64,000 bases of DNA from Thermoplasmata archaeon (GCA_015063195.1 SUSX01000001.1:2937-66936); one strand, 5' to 3'; shown: positions 18,576 through 28,371, counted from the stretch's first letter. Translations and numbers: made by a program. The notes: generated by a model from the letters alone, not told the origin.

Positions 18576-19705
18576 GCCTTCTTTTTTAGTTCTGTGTAGG
18601 TTTTTGCCAAGATATCCATTCCTTTGGAAATCTTGGTTTCATCAGCTGCATATGAGAATCTCAGGTGTCCTTCTCCGAACGATCCGAAAGCGGAACCGGG
18701 AGTACATATGAGTCCGTTCTTTGCGAGTTCCATCGCCAAATCGGCAGATGGAATATCCAAATCATATGAGGGGAATGCATAGAATGCACCTTTCGGTTTG
18801 GTAATGTGCATTCCGTCAATCTCATTGATCCTTTCAACAATCAGGTCTCTTCTCCTTTTGAAGATTGTACGTGCATCTTCAAGATAGTTGTCTATGTCCG
18901 ACATTGCTGCAAGTGCTCCGTACATCGCAGGCATATTAGGGCTTGCACATACGTGATATTGCATTTTGATCAGGTGTTCCATCATGTCTTCGTTGGCCAT
19001 AAGGAATCCAAGCCTCCATCCGGTGACAGCCATCATTTTGGAGAATCCTCCCACCACAATGCTTCTGTCCAGATGTGACAGGTAGGAAAGGTGCTTTCCT
19101 TCGTAAATGAATGAATCATAGACCTCGTCGGATACGATCAGGAGGTCTTTATCCTCAGCAACATCCAGGATTGCCTTGTATGTGTCTTCCTCCAATACGG
19201 ATCCTGTGGGGTTTGAAGGGTTGTTGACGAATATTGCCTCAGTATTTTTGGTTATTTTTGACTGTATATCGTCAATATCCGGTTGGAATGTTTCAGGTGT
19301 TAAACGATATTCAGTGAAGGTTCCGCCGGCGAGTTTTGCATGAGGTCCATATATGACGAATCCGGGGCTGGGAATTAGAACATTGTCTCCCGGATCCAAT
19401 ACAGACATGCAGACTTCCAACAGTGCAGATGATCCACTGGGCGTAATCATTACGTTGTTTGCGGTCAATGGGTGATACACTGAGTATTTTTCTGCTACTG
19501 CTGCCCTGAGATCGGGAATGCCTGCTGTAGGGCCGTATTTGTTGAGTCCGTTCTCTGCTGCAAGAGTCATTCCGTCTATTGCCTTCTTCGGAGGGAGCAG
19601 ATCCGGCTCGCCAAGCCCAAGGTTTATGCTGGATGGGCTTGCCAGGTCGAACATTTTTCTGATGCCTGACATCGCTATGGAATCCAACCTCTGTGAGACC
19701 TTCAT
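18572..19705 (-). CDS. Class I/II pyridoxal-phosphate aminotransferase (aspartate/aromatic type)
   Basis: LGLGEPD, NPSNPTG and SKMMAVTGWRLG (PLP lysine region); 377 aa. Confidence 0.85.
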   Translation of the reverse strand: MKVSQRLDSIAMSGIRKMFDLASPSSINLGLGEPDLLPPKKAIDGMTLAAENGLNKYGPTAGIPDLRAAVAEKYSVYHPLTANNVMITPSGSSALLEVCMSVLDPGDNVLIPSPGFVIYGPHAKLAGGTFTEYRLTPETFQPDIDDIQSKITKNTEAIFVNNPSNPTGSVLEEDTYKAILDVAEDKDLLIVSDEVYDSFIYEGKHLSYLSHLDRSIVVGGFSKMMAVTGWRLGFLMANEDMMEHLIKMQYHVCASPNMPAMYGALAAMSDIDNYLEDARTIFKRRRDLIVERINEIDGMHITKPKGAFYAFPSYDLDIPSADLAMELAKNGLICTPGSAFGSFGEGHLRFSYAADETKISKGMDILAKTYTELKKKA

Positions 19706-20097
19706 AGGGGGGCGATGTGTTTGTGTTTATTTATGGCTATGCAAGACTGTGCTGGACACAGGTAGGTTATGGATTGTCAACGAGAGATTCAGCAAACTGA
19801 ACAATTCAAAATTACATTTGATTCAGCCAGTAAGGGATAATGGTTTGTCATATCAACACGGCGTTGGATGCCATCATGATGTACAAAATTGTACATAATT
19901 ATTTTATAGGTTGGATGGAGTTGGATGCCAACATAAACATCTATATTTTATATAGAAAAATACTATAAATTTAATCTGGGTATTTGACTAAATTAAGTTT
20001 CATACTAAAAGACTTAAATACATTTGTATGCAATACATTATATATGAAACATTGACCGTGGCATGAGCAGTAGGTCAAAAGTTCTGGAGGGAACAAA

Positions 20098-20415
20098 ATG
20101 GGATTCATGGATAAATTAAAAAACCTCTTCAAAAAGAAAAGTGCACCTCAGGATAAATGTGACTGCGGATGTCAGGGAAAGAAGGGTGCGTCAGGTAAAT
20201 GTTACGCTGATGAATTCAAAGGTGACGGGGACGTGGCCAAGGCATTGTGCTATGCAGCAGCAAAGGTCGACGACAAAATTAAAGCCGGCAAGATTTCAGA
20301 GTCCGCAGCAAAAATCTACATTGCACGCTTGAAAGAGATTCAGGCATCCGGCGACTCTGACGATTCGAAGATTATTCAGATCAGTCAGGTGATAGGCGGA
20401 ATCATCAACGCATGA
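20098..20415 (+). CDS. Small hypothetical protein with an N-terminal Cys cluster (105 aa)
   Basis: GGAGGG RBS ~8 nt upstream. CDCGCQGKKGASGKC motif. No family recognised. Confidence 0.5.
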   Translation: MGFMDKLKNLFKKKSAPQDKCDCGCQGKKGASGKCYADEFKGDGDVAKALCYAAAKVDDKIKAGKISESAAKIYIARLKEIQASGDSDDSKIIQISQVIGGIINA

Positions 20416-20483
20416 TTATCACAGTCTAAATATCATAAACTCTTTAACCACCCACGGTGGTTTCTATTCCTAAAGTTTTGAGC

Positions 20484-21611
20484 ATGGATTTGCTGTATAT
20501 GTTCTTCGATGCTGCCAATATGCACAGATGGAACGATCACATACGTCCTCTGGACCTTACAGAACTTGATAAGCAGGCACACAAGGCCGCTATCGCATGG
20601 GTTTTGGGTAAATCCTGGGAAACCGAAACCAACAACAGACTGGATTGGAGAAAGCTCATAGAACATTTAGTTTTTTCATTCATCGAAAGAAGTGTTATGA
20701 CTGACATTAAACCTCCCCTTTTTCACAGGATTAAAGCAGAAAAATCCGAGGAAGTTGCGGATTTTGTAATGTCTGAGGTCAGAAAACTTTCCGTGAATGC
20801 AGAATTCCTTGATCGTATGGATGTGTACATGCGTTCATCCAATGACTCGGTAGAAGATCAGGTGCTGCGTGCTGCACATTTCCTTGCAACCAATTGGGAG
20901 TTCTCATTGATTTATGATATGAATCGTAAATCCGTCGGAATAGATAATACAAAGAAGAGTATCGAAAATGAACTGTTTCAACATAAACAGATTATAGGCA
21001 ATATGCAGAAAGCACTCTACGGTCACAGTACCACTAATTTCATAGATTTGATAGGTCAGCTGAGATTTCAGAAAAGATGGACAAGAACGCCAAGGATCCC
21101 GGAGACAACAGTGTTGGGGCATTCTCTGTTGGTAGCCAACATGGTGTTCCTTAATGACTGTGACAGCGGCGTATCCGACAGAACGATTTATAATGATTAT
21201 TACACAGCATTGTTCCATGATCTCCCCGAGGTTCTTACGAAGGACGTGATTACTCCTGTGAAGGCAAATGTCGACGGTCTTTCAGAGATGTTGGAAACAT
21301 ATGAGAAGGAAATGGTGGAGTCCAAGATAATGCCGATGATACCCTCGGAGTGGACGGATGAATTCAGATTCCTGATTTATGATCCGTTTTCAGATAAGGA
21401 AGATTCTGTCTTCGGAAAAGTGTGCGGCAGGAGGATTAAAGCATTCGATTTAATGGGTGCATACATGGAAGCCCGCCTTTCGAGATATTACGGTATCTCT
21501 TCGCCTGTACTGAAGAAAGCGGAGAAGACTACTAAGGACAAGATAGAGAAATTCAGAGATTACGTGGATGTGGATTCTCTGTTAAAGGATCTTGAAAAAA
21601 TATGTATCTGA
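20484..21611 (+). CDS. HD-domain phosphohydrolase (YfbR-like fold, apparently two HD-like halves)
   Basis: N-terminal RWNDH...QAHKAA and a second LGHSLLVA...FHDLPEVLTKDV (HD) region. ATG at 20484 is preferred over GTG at 20457. Confidence 0.6.
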   Translation: MDLLYMFFDAANMHRWNDHIRPLDLTELDKQAHKAAIAWVLGKSWETETNNRLDWRKLIEHLVFSFIERSVMTDIKPPLFHRIKAEKSEEVADFVMSEVRKLSVNAEFLDRMDVYMRSSNDSVEDQVLRAAHFLATNWEFSLIYDMNRKSVGIDNTKKSIENELFQHKQIIGNMQKALYGHSTTNFIDLIGQLRFQKRWTRTPRIPETTVLGHSLLVANMVFLNDCDSGVSDRTIYNDYYTALFHDLPEVLTKDVITPVKANVDGLSEMLETYEKEMVESKIMPMIPSEWTDEFRFLIYDPFSDKEDSVFGKVCGRRIKAFDLMGAYMEARLSRYYGISSPVLKKAEKTTKDKIEKFRDYVDVDSLLKDLEKICI

Positions 21612-21631
21612 TTCCGGCGTGAAGCCGGAAT
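21611..21631. terminator. Hairpin between convergent HD-protein and serS genes
   Basis: ATTCCGGC-GTGAA-GCCGGAAT is a perfect 8-bp stem. Confidence 0.5.
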
Positions 21632-21637
21632 CGTAAA

Positions 21638-22900
21638 TCAGTTTCCGATTACTTCCTGTCCTCTCATGTAAGGTCTGAGGACTTTGGGAATCGTGACGGT
21701 TCCGTCTTTGTTCTGATAGTTTTCCAGAATAGCGACCATGGTTCTCGGCAGTGCGAGTCCTGAACCGTTGAGTGTATGAACGAATTCGCTCTTAAGGTGG
21801 GGTTCAGGCCTGTATTTGATCTTGGCCCTGCGTGCCTGGAAGTCTGTGAAGCATGAACAGGAAGATGCTTCCAACCATGCGTCCTTTCCGGGGACGTAGA
21901 GTTCAAGGTCATAACATTTAGCACAGGAGAAGCTCATGTCACCTGTACACAGGAGTAAGACACGGTACGGGAGTTCCAGTTCTCTGATGAGCTCTTCAGC
22001 ATCCATTCTGAGTCTTTCGAGGACATCGAAAGATCCTTCCGGTTCTACGAATCTCACCATTTCTACCTTGTTAAATTCATGAACCCTTATGATTCCGTGT
22101 GTATCGGAGTGTTTACCTGCCTCTCTCCTGAATGACGGGAGGTATGCAGTGTAGTTCACAGGAAGATCCTTCCTGTCGAGAATCTCTCCCTGAAGGAGAT
22201 TTGTTACAGGCACTTCTGCAGTGGGGTTGAGCCACATGTCGTCCCTTTCAAGGTAATACATATCATCTTTGAGGTTGGGATACTGTCCTGTTCCGATGAC
22301 TGCGTTGGTGTTGATTACCACGGGAGGGAAGACCTCTGTGTAGCCCTGATCCTTGTGTCTGTCAAGGAAATAGCTGATCATAGCGCGTTCAAGACGTGCT
22401 CCGTCTCCTTTGAGACAGTAGAATCCGCTTCCTGCGACCTTGGTTGCTCTCTCAAAATCGATGATGTCGAGATTATCAGCAATTTCAAAGTGTTCAAGAG
22501 GTTTGAAATCAAATTCCCTCTTTTTTCCCCATTCATACACAACTACATTGTCGTGTTCATCTTTTCCAATCGGTACAGATGAGTGAGGGATATTGGGGAT
22601 GTTGAGTAATGCATCAGTCCTGTCTGCTTCACAGGCTGAAAGTCCCTCATCGATTTCCTTGATCCTTGATGATACAGATTTCATTTCCTGTACAAGAGCG
22701 TCTTTCTCGGGGCCCTTGAGTCTGGAAATCTGAAGTGAAACATCATTTCTCTTTTTTCTGAGGCGGTTTCCTTCCTCAGTGAGTGCTCTCCACTCCTTGT
22801 CTGCATTGAGGAATTTATCGAGGACGTCCTCGCTTCTATTCCTGTTGATGAGCATTGTCCTAATCATATCGGGATTTTCCCTGATTATGTTTGCATCCAA
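21638..22900 (-). CDS. serS: Serine--tRNA ligase (bacterial-type)
   Basis: MLDANIIRENP N-terminus and class II motifs FRREAG and GSGLALPR. The start is taken at internal M15, which also removes the overlap with the upstream gene. Confidence 0.9.
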   Translation of the reverse strand: MDANIIRENPDMIRTMLINRNRSEDVLDKFLNADKEWRALTEEGNRLRKKRNDVSLQISRLKGPEKDALVQEMKSVSSRIKEIDEGLSACEADRTDALLNIPNIPHSSVPIGKDEHDNVVVYEWGKKREFDFKPLEHFEIADNLDIIDFERATKVAGSGFYCLKGDGARLERAMISYFLDRHKDQGYTEVFPPVVINTNAVIGTGQYPNLKDDMYYLERDDMWLNPTAEVPVTNLLQGEILDRKDLPVNYTAYLPSFRREAGKHSDTHGIIRVHEFNKVEMVRFVEPEGSFDVLERLRMDAEELIRELELPYRVLLLCTGDMSFSCAKCYDLELYVPGKDAWLEASSCSCFTDFQARRAKIKYRPEPHLKSEFVHTLNGSGLALPRTMVAILENYQNKDGTVTIPKVLRPYMRGQEVIGN

Positions 22901-22911
22901 CATTGTATCAC

Positions 22912-23205
22912 TCAGAATTTCTTTTGAGACAGTGATGTCCATGTCCTTTTGTCCGTAAGAATTATGACGCTGCCGCGAACATCTACAACGACGGATTTCG
23001 TCATTTCAGAGAGGATGTCTGCAACTTCTTTTGCATCTCCTTCGGAATTGTCTAGGACTTTGACCTTGATCAATCTGTTTTTCTTCAGCTGTGCTGAGAT
23101 CTCCTCGTATACCGAATCCTTCAATCCGTCTTTGCCGACATGGACGGTAGGATTGATCTCAAGTGCTCTGCGCATGAGCTCTTTTCTTGCTTCTTTTTCT
23201 GTCAT
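22912..23205 (-). CDS. YhbY/CRM-domain RNA-binding protein
   Basis: PTVHVGKDGL...LIKVKV pattern; 97 aa. Confidence 0.75.
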   Translation of the reverse strand: MTEKEARKELMRRALEINPTVHVGKDGLKDSVYEEISAQLKKNRLIKVKVLDNSEGDAKEVADILSEMTKSVVVDVRGSVIILTDKRTWTSLSQKKF

Positions 23206-23522
23206 ATGCGTTTCTCTTTCCTATATGGTATACGTTTGATGTGCCCGCATTCTGTACAGGTATGCGTCATCACATCGTTATTGAGCCTAATCTGTAGGTT
23301 GATTCCGGGAACAAGCGGGATTCTACATTTTTTGCAGTATCTGAACTGACCCGGCATTTTTGTTTTTGATTTACGGCATATTGCTAATGCAATCTCCACA
23401 TATCTGACTGCACGGTCTTTTCTTCCGGATTTCAGCGCATCAACTGAAAGTGCAGTGAGGCGTGATATGCGTTCCTGGGCGATCTGTGAAACCTTTTGGT
23501 TGGAGATGCGCCTCTTTGCCAT
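23202..23522 (-). CDS. rnp4: RNase P protein component 4 (Rpp21/Rpr2)
   Basis: N-terminal helical ERISRL...A.RYV region and zinc ribbon CKKC...CTECG. Confidence 0.8.
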   Translation of the reverse strand: MAKRRISNQKVSQIAQERISRLTALSVDALKSGRKDRAVRYVEIALAICRKSKTKMPGQFRYCKKCRIPLVPGINLQIRLNNDVMTHTCTECGHIKRIPYRKEKRI

Positions 23523-23576
23523 ATCATCCCTTCTTTACTTATAATAGGATATAACGTTTTTCCTGTCGGATGTCGA

Positions 23577-24587
23577 TTATGCGACAAGGGATAGCAGGTA
23601 GTTCCTGACCTCTGTTTCTTCTTCGGATATTTCAGCTTCCGGATCGGCATACTGTATCCACAGGAAGATGAAATAATCGTGGAATGACTGAACAGCCTCG
23701 TCCCATGTTTCCTTCGAGACAGATATTCCCAAATCCTCATTCTTCAGGGACCAGATGCCGTTGTCGTAGGATATTGTAGCTACGACAGGGGATTTCAGGG
23801 TAACGTCTCCGTCTCCTGATATCATCCTGCGAAATTTGATTGACGATACAGGAGTAACTCCTCCCGCATCTCTGATTTCCAGGAGATTTCCGTCTTTGGA
23901 GAAAGACATCTTTCCGCCGATGATGACGGGCTGTCCTGCATATGCCTTTGTTGCAGTCTCTGAAGCTTTATCTGCAAAATAGAGTTTGGTTTTGTCATCA
24001 CCGCAGATGAGACTGACGCTGTCGTGTCTGGATTTTGACTGCGATATTGAAATTATACCTAATGTGGCTCCGTTGGCAGTAAATCCCTTGTTCTTGATGA
24101 ATGCTTCGAGTTTTTCTACATTCACTGTGCCGAGTTTCTTGGATCCATCTGCTCCGTAGAGGAGGGAGTATCCGTTGTAAGCGTTGAGGTGTCTGTAGAG
24201 GGCTACGATGTCGTATATGATCTGGTTGCGGTATATCGGGTCATTGAAGTGATCTTCCATCCAATATCCTCCGATTCCGGAACCGAGTGCGTCAAGAGTT
24301 TCCTCCATGAGTGTTACGGCATCATCTACTATGTTGCCGTATCCCTCTGTCTGAGGTGCGATTGTGGATGAACCGAGTGATATTCCTCCAGTTTCATTGA
24401 GGAAAAGAACGAATCTTGTCAGAAGGTCGGGGTGTAGTGACTTTTGGATCCTGAGCTCTTTGGCTACCAGGTATTCTCCGATGTCTCCGAGAATACGCTG
24501 AACGTCTACCATTACCTGTCCTGCAAGTGCTACAGGGACATTGCCTTCGTCTCCCTCTGGGATAACGCTTACTGCAAAATTCTTCAT
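23577..24587 (-). CDS. Hypothetical cytosolic protein (336 aa)
   Basis: Long clean ORF with codon usage like its neighbours. No TM segment or motif recognised. Confidence 0.6.
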   Translation of the reverse strand: MKNFAVSVIPEGDEGNVPVALAGQVMVDVQRILGDIGEYLVAKELRIQKSLHPDLLTRFVLFLNETGGISLGSSTIAPQTEGYGNIVDDAVTLMEETLDALGSGIGGYWMEDHFNDPIYRNQIIYDIVALYRHLNAYNGYSLLYGADGSKKLGTVNVEKLEAFIKNKGFTANGATLGIISISQSKSRHDSVSLICGDDKTKLYFADKASETATKAYAGQPVIIGGKMSFSKDGNLLEIRDAGGVTPVSSIKFRRMISGDGDVTLKSPVVATISYDNGIWSLKNEDLGISVSKETWDEAVQSFHDYFIFLWIQYADPEAEISEEETEVRNYLLSLVA

Positions 24588-24929
24588 TACGGCACCTCTA
24601 ATTTTAATCCTGTATATATCTGGGAATATTAAGGCTCTTCGGGAGATTGTGTTTCGTTCGACTTAATCAAATAGAGAGATATACATTGACTGCATCGTGT
24701 ATTTCCGACCAGGAGTTGGCAGGTTCGGTCTGGTACCCGAGGCTGCTTTGACAGCATCTTGTGATGTTTAAAACACGGCATTTGGTCATATTTTTCTGTT
24801 GAAATGCAAAAGCTTATATGGAGAATGTGTTTCGGGAGAATCGTTCATAGTTCGAATCAAGGGTAACCTTTTAATATAGATTGGAGGTTGTCAGATTTCG
24901 CAACTTACCTATATATTAAGGTGGTATGA

Positions 24930-25448
24930 ATGGCAAGAAAGCCCGCAGTAATGTACAGACAGGTCAAGGGAATGGCTTTCACCCGCAGAAAGTTCATGGG
25001 TGGAGTTCCCAACAGCAGAATTCAGCAGTTCGACATGGGTAACCTCAGGGAGGAGTTCCCCGTCGTACTTTCACTTAAAGTCAAGAACCGCGTCCAGATC
25101 AGGCACACAGCATTGGAAGCCGGACGTATCGCAGCCAACAGGGTCCTCTCCAAAGAGGCAGGAGTGGCAAACTATCACCTCAGGGTCAGGGTCTACCCCC
25201 ACATCGTCTTGAGGGAGAACAAGCTCGCAACAGGCGCAGGAGCAGACCGTGTTTCAAGCGGAATGAGATCCGCATTCGGAAAGAACGTTGGAACCGCAGC
25301 AAGGCTCGAGCGCAACCAGATTATTCTTTCGGTCTCTTGTACACCCGCAGTTTTCGAGAAAGCAAAGACAGCTTTGTGGAAAGCTTCAATGAAGTACCCC
25401 ACACCCTGCTACATCGAAATCGAGAAGGGTAAAGAGCTCGTAATGTAA
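24930..25448 (+). CDS. rpl10e: 50S ribosomal protein uL16 (L10e)
   Basis: MARKPAVMYRQ...GGVP..RI..FDMG N-terminus; AAGGTGG RBS. Confidence 0.95.
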   Translation: MARKPAVMYRQVKGMAFTRRKFMGGVPNSRIQQFDMGNLREEFPVVLSLKVKNRVQIRHTALEAGRIAANRVLSKEAGVANYHLRVRVYPHIVLRENKLATGAGADRVSSGMRSAFGKNVGTAARLERNQIILSVSCTPAVFEKAKTALWKASMKYPTPCYIEIEKGKELVM

Positions 25449-26435
25449 ATGTTTAATCTGAAACTTCAACACGTTGCTGCGTGGATCAGCGACAGGGGCT
25501 ATGCCTCTGTCGCACTCCAGTTGCCCGAAGGACTTAAGGTTAGGGCAACAGAGATAGTTGATTTTCTGACCCGTGAAACGGGTGTAATTTGCACGGTCCT
25601 TGGTGATCCGTGTTACGGTGCCTGTGACCTTTTTGTCCGCTACAAGGATTTGGCGGAAGCATTGATTCATTTCGGTCATTCCCCAATACCTTCACAAGGG
25701 GACGATCCAGATGTTCTCTACATTGAGGCTGATATGAATCTGGATATAGAGGATGCAGTAAGGGCTTCTGCATCTGAATTAGAAGGAAAAATAGGCCTTT
25801 TAGCAACAGTACAGTACATTGGTTGTATCGATGTTGCTAAAAGGATTTTGGAATCCATGGGAAAAGAGGTATTCGTAGGTACCGGGGATGCAAGAACCAA
25901 GTATCCTGGACAGGTCCTGGGTTGTAACTGTAGTTCAGCATATGCCGTGTCAGAGGACGTGGACATCTTCCTGTATATCGGAGAAGGCGATTTTCATCCG
26001 TTGGCGGCAGCTTTTGGTGTGAACAAACCTATCAGAGTGCTAAATCCTGTGACAGGGGAACTGCGGTCGGTGGATGATGTCAAAGACCGTATTCTGAGGA
26101 AAAGATTTGCGATGATAACATCTGCATCCGATGCGGAAAGATTCCTCGTCATTGTCTGTGATAAGATCGGACAGAGAAGAGATGCTGTCGCAAACGATCT
26201 GATTGAGAAGATCAGATCCGTAGGAAAGACTGCGTACAAGATCTACATGAATGAACTTGCACCTCAGAATCTTTTGGCATATGATGTCGATGCATACGTG
26301 TGTACTGCATGTCCCAGAATAGCGATGGACGATTCGGCAAGATACAGCCGCCCCATGTTGACGCCTCCTGAGACGGAAGTTGCAATAGGAATCAGGCAGT
26401 GGGAAGAATACGTCTTTGATGAGATACGTCCGTAG
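25449..26435 (+). CDS. dph2: Diphthamide synthesis enzyme Dph2 (2-(3-amino-3-carboxypropyl)histidine synthase)
   Basis: Archaeal Dph2 layout: VALQLPEGLK, GDPCYGACD, conserved Cys in GCNCS and TACPR. Ends in TAG. Confidence 0.85.
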   Translation: MFNLKLQHVAAWISDRGYASVALQLPEGLKVRATEIVDFLTRETGVICTVLGDPCYGACDLFVRYKDLAEALIHFGHSPIPSQGDDPDVLYIEADMNLDIEDAVRASASELEGKIGLLATVQYIGCIDVAKRILESMGKEVFVGTGDARTKYPGQVLGCNCSSAYAVSEDVDIFLYIGEGDFHPLAAAFGVNKPIRVLNPVTGELRSVDDVKDRILRKRFAMITSASDAERFLVIVCDKIGQRRDAVANDLIEKIRSVGKTAYKIYMNELAPQNLLAYDVDAYVCTACPRIAMDDSARYSRPMLTPPETEVAIGIRQWEEYVFDEIRP

Positions 26436-26479
26436 AGTATTAAACCAACCACTTAATACCGGATAACAGATGATGTATT

Positions 26480-27226
26480 ATGGCACATTCTGAAGACATA
26501 ATTAACAGCGAACTTCCCGATGTTATAGTCGGAATCGGAACCTGCAAGAATCGTAGTGCCGTAGAATCCAGTGCATCAAAGTTTCCTGACAATGTTATAA
26601 TCTATGATGATCCAGAACTTCTGGCAAAGGATTTGGCATCCGGAAAGATCGATGCCGCAGTCAGAGGAAACATGTCTTCATCAGTACTTCTTCCACTGAT
26701 CAAAAAGGAACTCAATCTTGAGTCATTGGAAAGAGTCGTGATTTTGGAACCACTCGGTGGCAGACTCGTCTGCATGGCTCCCGTGGGCATCGATGAAGGA
26801 TGGACCAAGGAACAGAAGATAGGTTTCATCAGAAGAAGTAAACCTCTTCTCAAAAAACTTGGAATGGGGGAGAGGATAGCAGTAATGTCCGGAGGAAGGT
26901 CGGACGACATGGGCCGTAACGACTGTGTTGACCGTACGATAAGGGATGCAATTGAAATCGTATCCGAACTCAAAGAGGAAGGATACGACATATATGATGC
27001 ACAGATACTCATCGAGGACATAGTGAAAGAGGCGGATTTCCTCATAGCACCTGACGGAATATCCGGTAATCTGATTTTCAGAACAATGCATTTCATTGGC
27101 GGTGCCAAAGCATTAGGTGCACCGTTAATTAACACAGACAAGGTATTTGTCGATACATCAAGGGTAAAGACAGATTTCACAGACTCCATAGCCCTTGCAA
27201 TGAAACTAACGGAGAGATCTATATGA
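26480..27226 (+). CDS. MtxX-like / methanogen marker 4-like protein (phosphate acyltransferase fold)
   Basis: AAVRGN and PDGISGNLIFR resemble PTA/PlsX-family motifs. The size (248 aa) fits MtxX. The assignment is tentative. Confidence 0.45.
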   Translation: MAHSEDIINSELPDVIVGIGTCKNRSAVESSASKFPDNVIIYDDPELLAKDLASGKIDAAVRGNMSSSVLLPLIKKELNLESLERVVILEPLGGRLVCMAPVGIDEGWTKEQKIGFIRRSKPLLKKLGMGERIAVMSGGRSDDMGRNDCVDRTIRDAIEIVSELKEEGYDIYDAQILIEDIVKEADFLIAPDGISGNLIFRTMHFIGGAKALGAPLINTDKVFVDTSRVKTDFTDSIALAMKLTERSI

Positions 27227-27696
27227 TATTGGAGATAGACGGCGGACATTCAGGAATCAGATTTTCTGCATGTCATTTCATTCCTCACCATGATAAATGT
27301 TCAAGACTGCATGGCCACTCATACATACTTCGTCTCAGATTGGAAGGAGACATCGGTGAGAACGGAATGGTGATGGACTTTGTAGCTCTTAAAAAACAGC
27401 TTAAGGCTTTCGTCGATGAGTTCGATCACAAGACAATACTTCCAGGAAATTCTCCTGATGTTAAACTCACGATTTCAGATGATTCAGTCGAAGCAATATC
27501 GTGTGGTAAGAGGTATGTATTCCCTCTGATGGATGTTGTAATCATTGATGTGTCAAACACAACAGCAGAGGAGATGACGAAACTTATGGTGAACCGCATG
27601 GTCAGTGAGGTCGAGTTCCCATCCAATGTCAGATCCGTTGCTGTAGGTCTTGATGAGGAACGTGGACAGACAGCATGGTACGAGGTGAAGATCTGA
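27223..27696 (+). CDS. queD: 6-carboxy-5,6,7,8-tetrahydropterin synthase
   Basis: FSACHF...HGHSY motifs. ATGA overlap upstream and TGATG overlap downstream. Confidence 0.85.
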   Translation: MILEIDGGHSGIRFSACHFIPHHDKCSRLHGHSYILRLRLEGDIGENGMVMDFVALKKQLKAFVDEFDHKTILPGNSPDVKLTISDDSVEAISCGKRYVFPLMDVVIIDVSNTTAEEMTKLMVNRMVSEVEFPSNVRSVAVGLDEERGQTAWYEVKI

Positions 27697-28367
27697 TGTC
27701 CGGTGCAGTCGTTTTACTTTCCGGCGGATTGGATTCCACCACAACGTTGGCACAAGCCATTGCGGACGGTCATGAAGTGACTGCGCTTAGTTTCAGGTAC
27801 GGACAGAGACACACCAAGGAACTTGTTTCCGCTAAGAATGTAGCAGATCACTACGGTGTTAAACACGTCATTGTGGATATGGATCTGAGTATGTTCAGAT
27901 CTGCACTGACAAGAGATGATATCGATGTGCCAGAATGTAGGGGTGAGTCTGAAATGGGTTCGGATATCCCCGTCACATACGTGCCTGCAAGGAATATAAT
28001 CATGCTTTCGGTTGCAGCAGGCCTGTGTGAGTCTGTAGATGCGGACCGTATATACATTGGTGCAAATTCTGTAGATTATTCCGGTTATCCTGATTGCCGT
28101 GAGGAATTCTTCGAGGCATACGAAAAGATGATTGCAGTCGGAACCAAATGCGGTGTAGAAGGCAATCCAATACACATTGAGTTGCCTATACTTCATTTGA
28201 GTAAAGCAGACATAGTACGTTTGGGAAAGAAGCTCAATGCACCCTTGCATCTTACATGGTCATGCTACGAGGGTGGAGAGAAGGCATGCGGAAAATGCGA
28301 TTCATGTCAGCTCAGACTGAAAGGATTCCATGATGCCGGTTATGAAGATGAAATAGACTATTGTTGA
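27696..28367 (+). CDS. queC: 7-cyano-7-deazaguanine synthase
   Basis: SGGLDS PP-loop and C-terminal Zn cluster CYEGGEKACGKCDSC. ATG at 27696 is preferred over the 27675 track start. Confidence 0.9.
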   Translation: MSGAVVLLSGGLDSTTTLAQAIADGHEVTALSFRYGQRHTKELVSAKNVADHYGVKHVIVDMDLSMFRSALTRDDIDVPECRGESEMGSDIPVTYVPARNIIMLSVAAGLCESVDADRIYIGANSVDYSGYPDCREEFFEAYEKMIAVGTKCGVEGNPIHIELPILHLSKADIVRLGKKLNAPLHLTWSCYEGGEKACGKCDSCQLRLKGFHDAGYEDEIDYC

Positions 28368-28371
28368 TATC

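Noticed and set aside
19706-20097. Replication origin in the AT-rich spacer.
   Set aside because: - There is no adjacent orc1/cdc6 gene.
- The repeats do not resemble the ORB/mini-ORB consensus (..TCCAGTGGAAA..).
- Only three short repeat copies are present.
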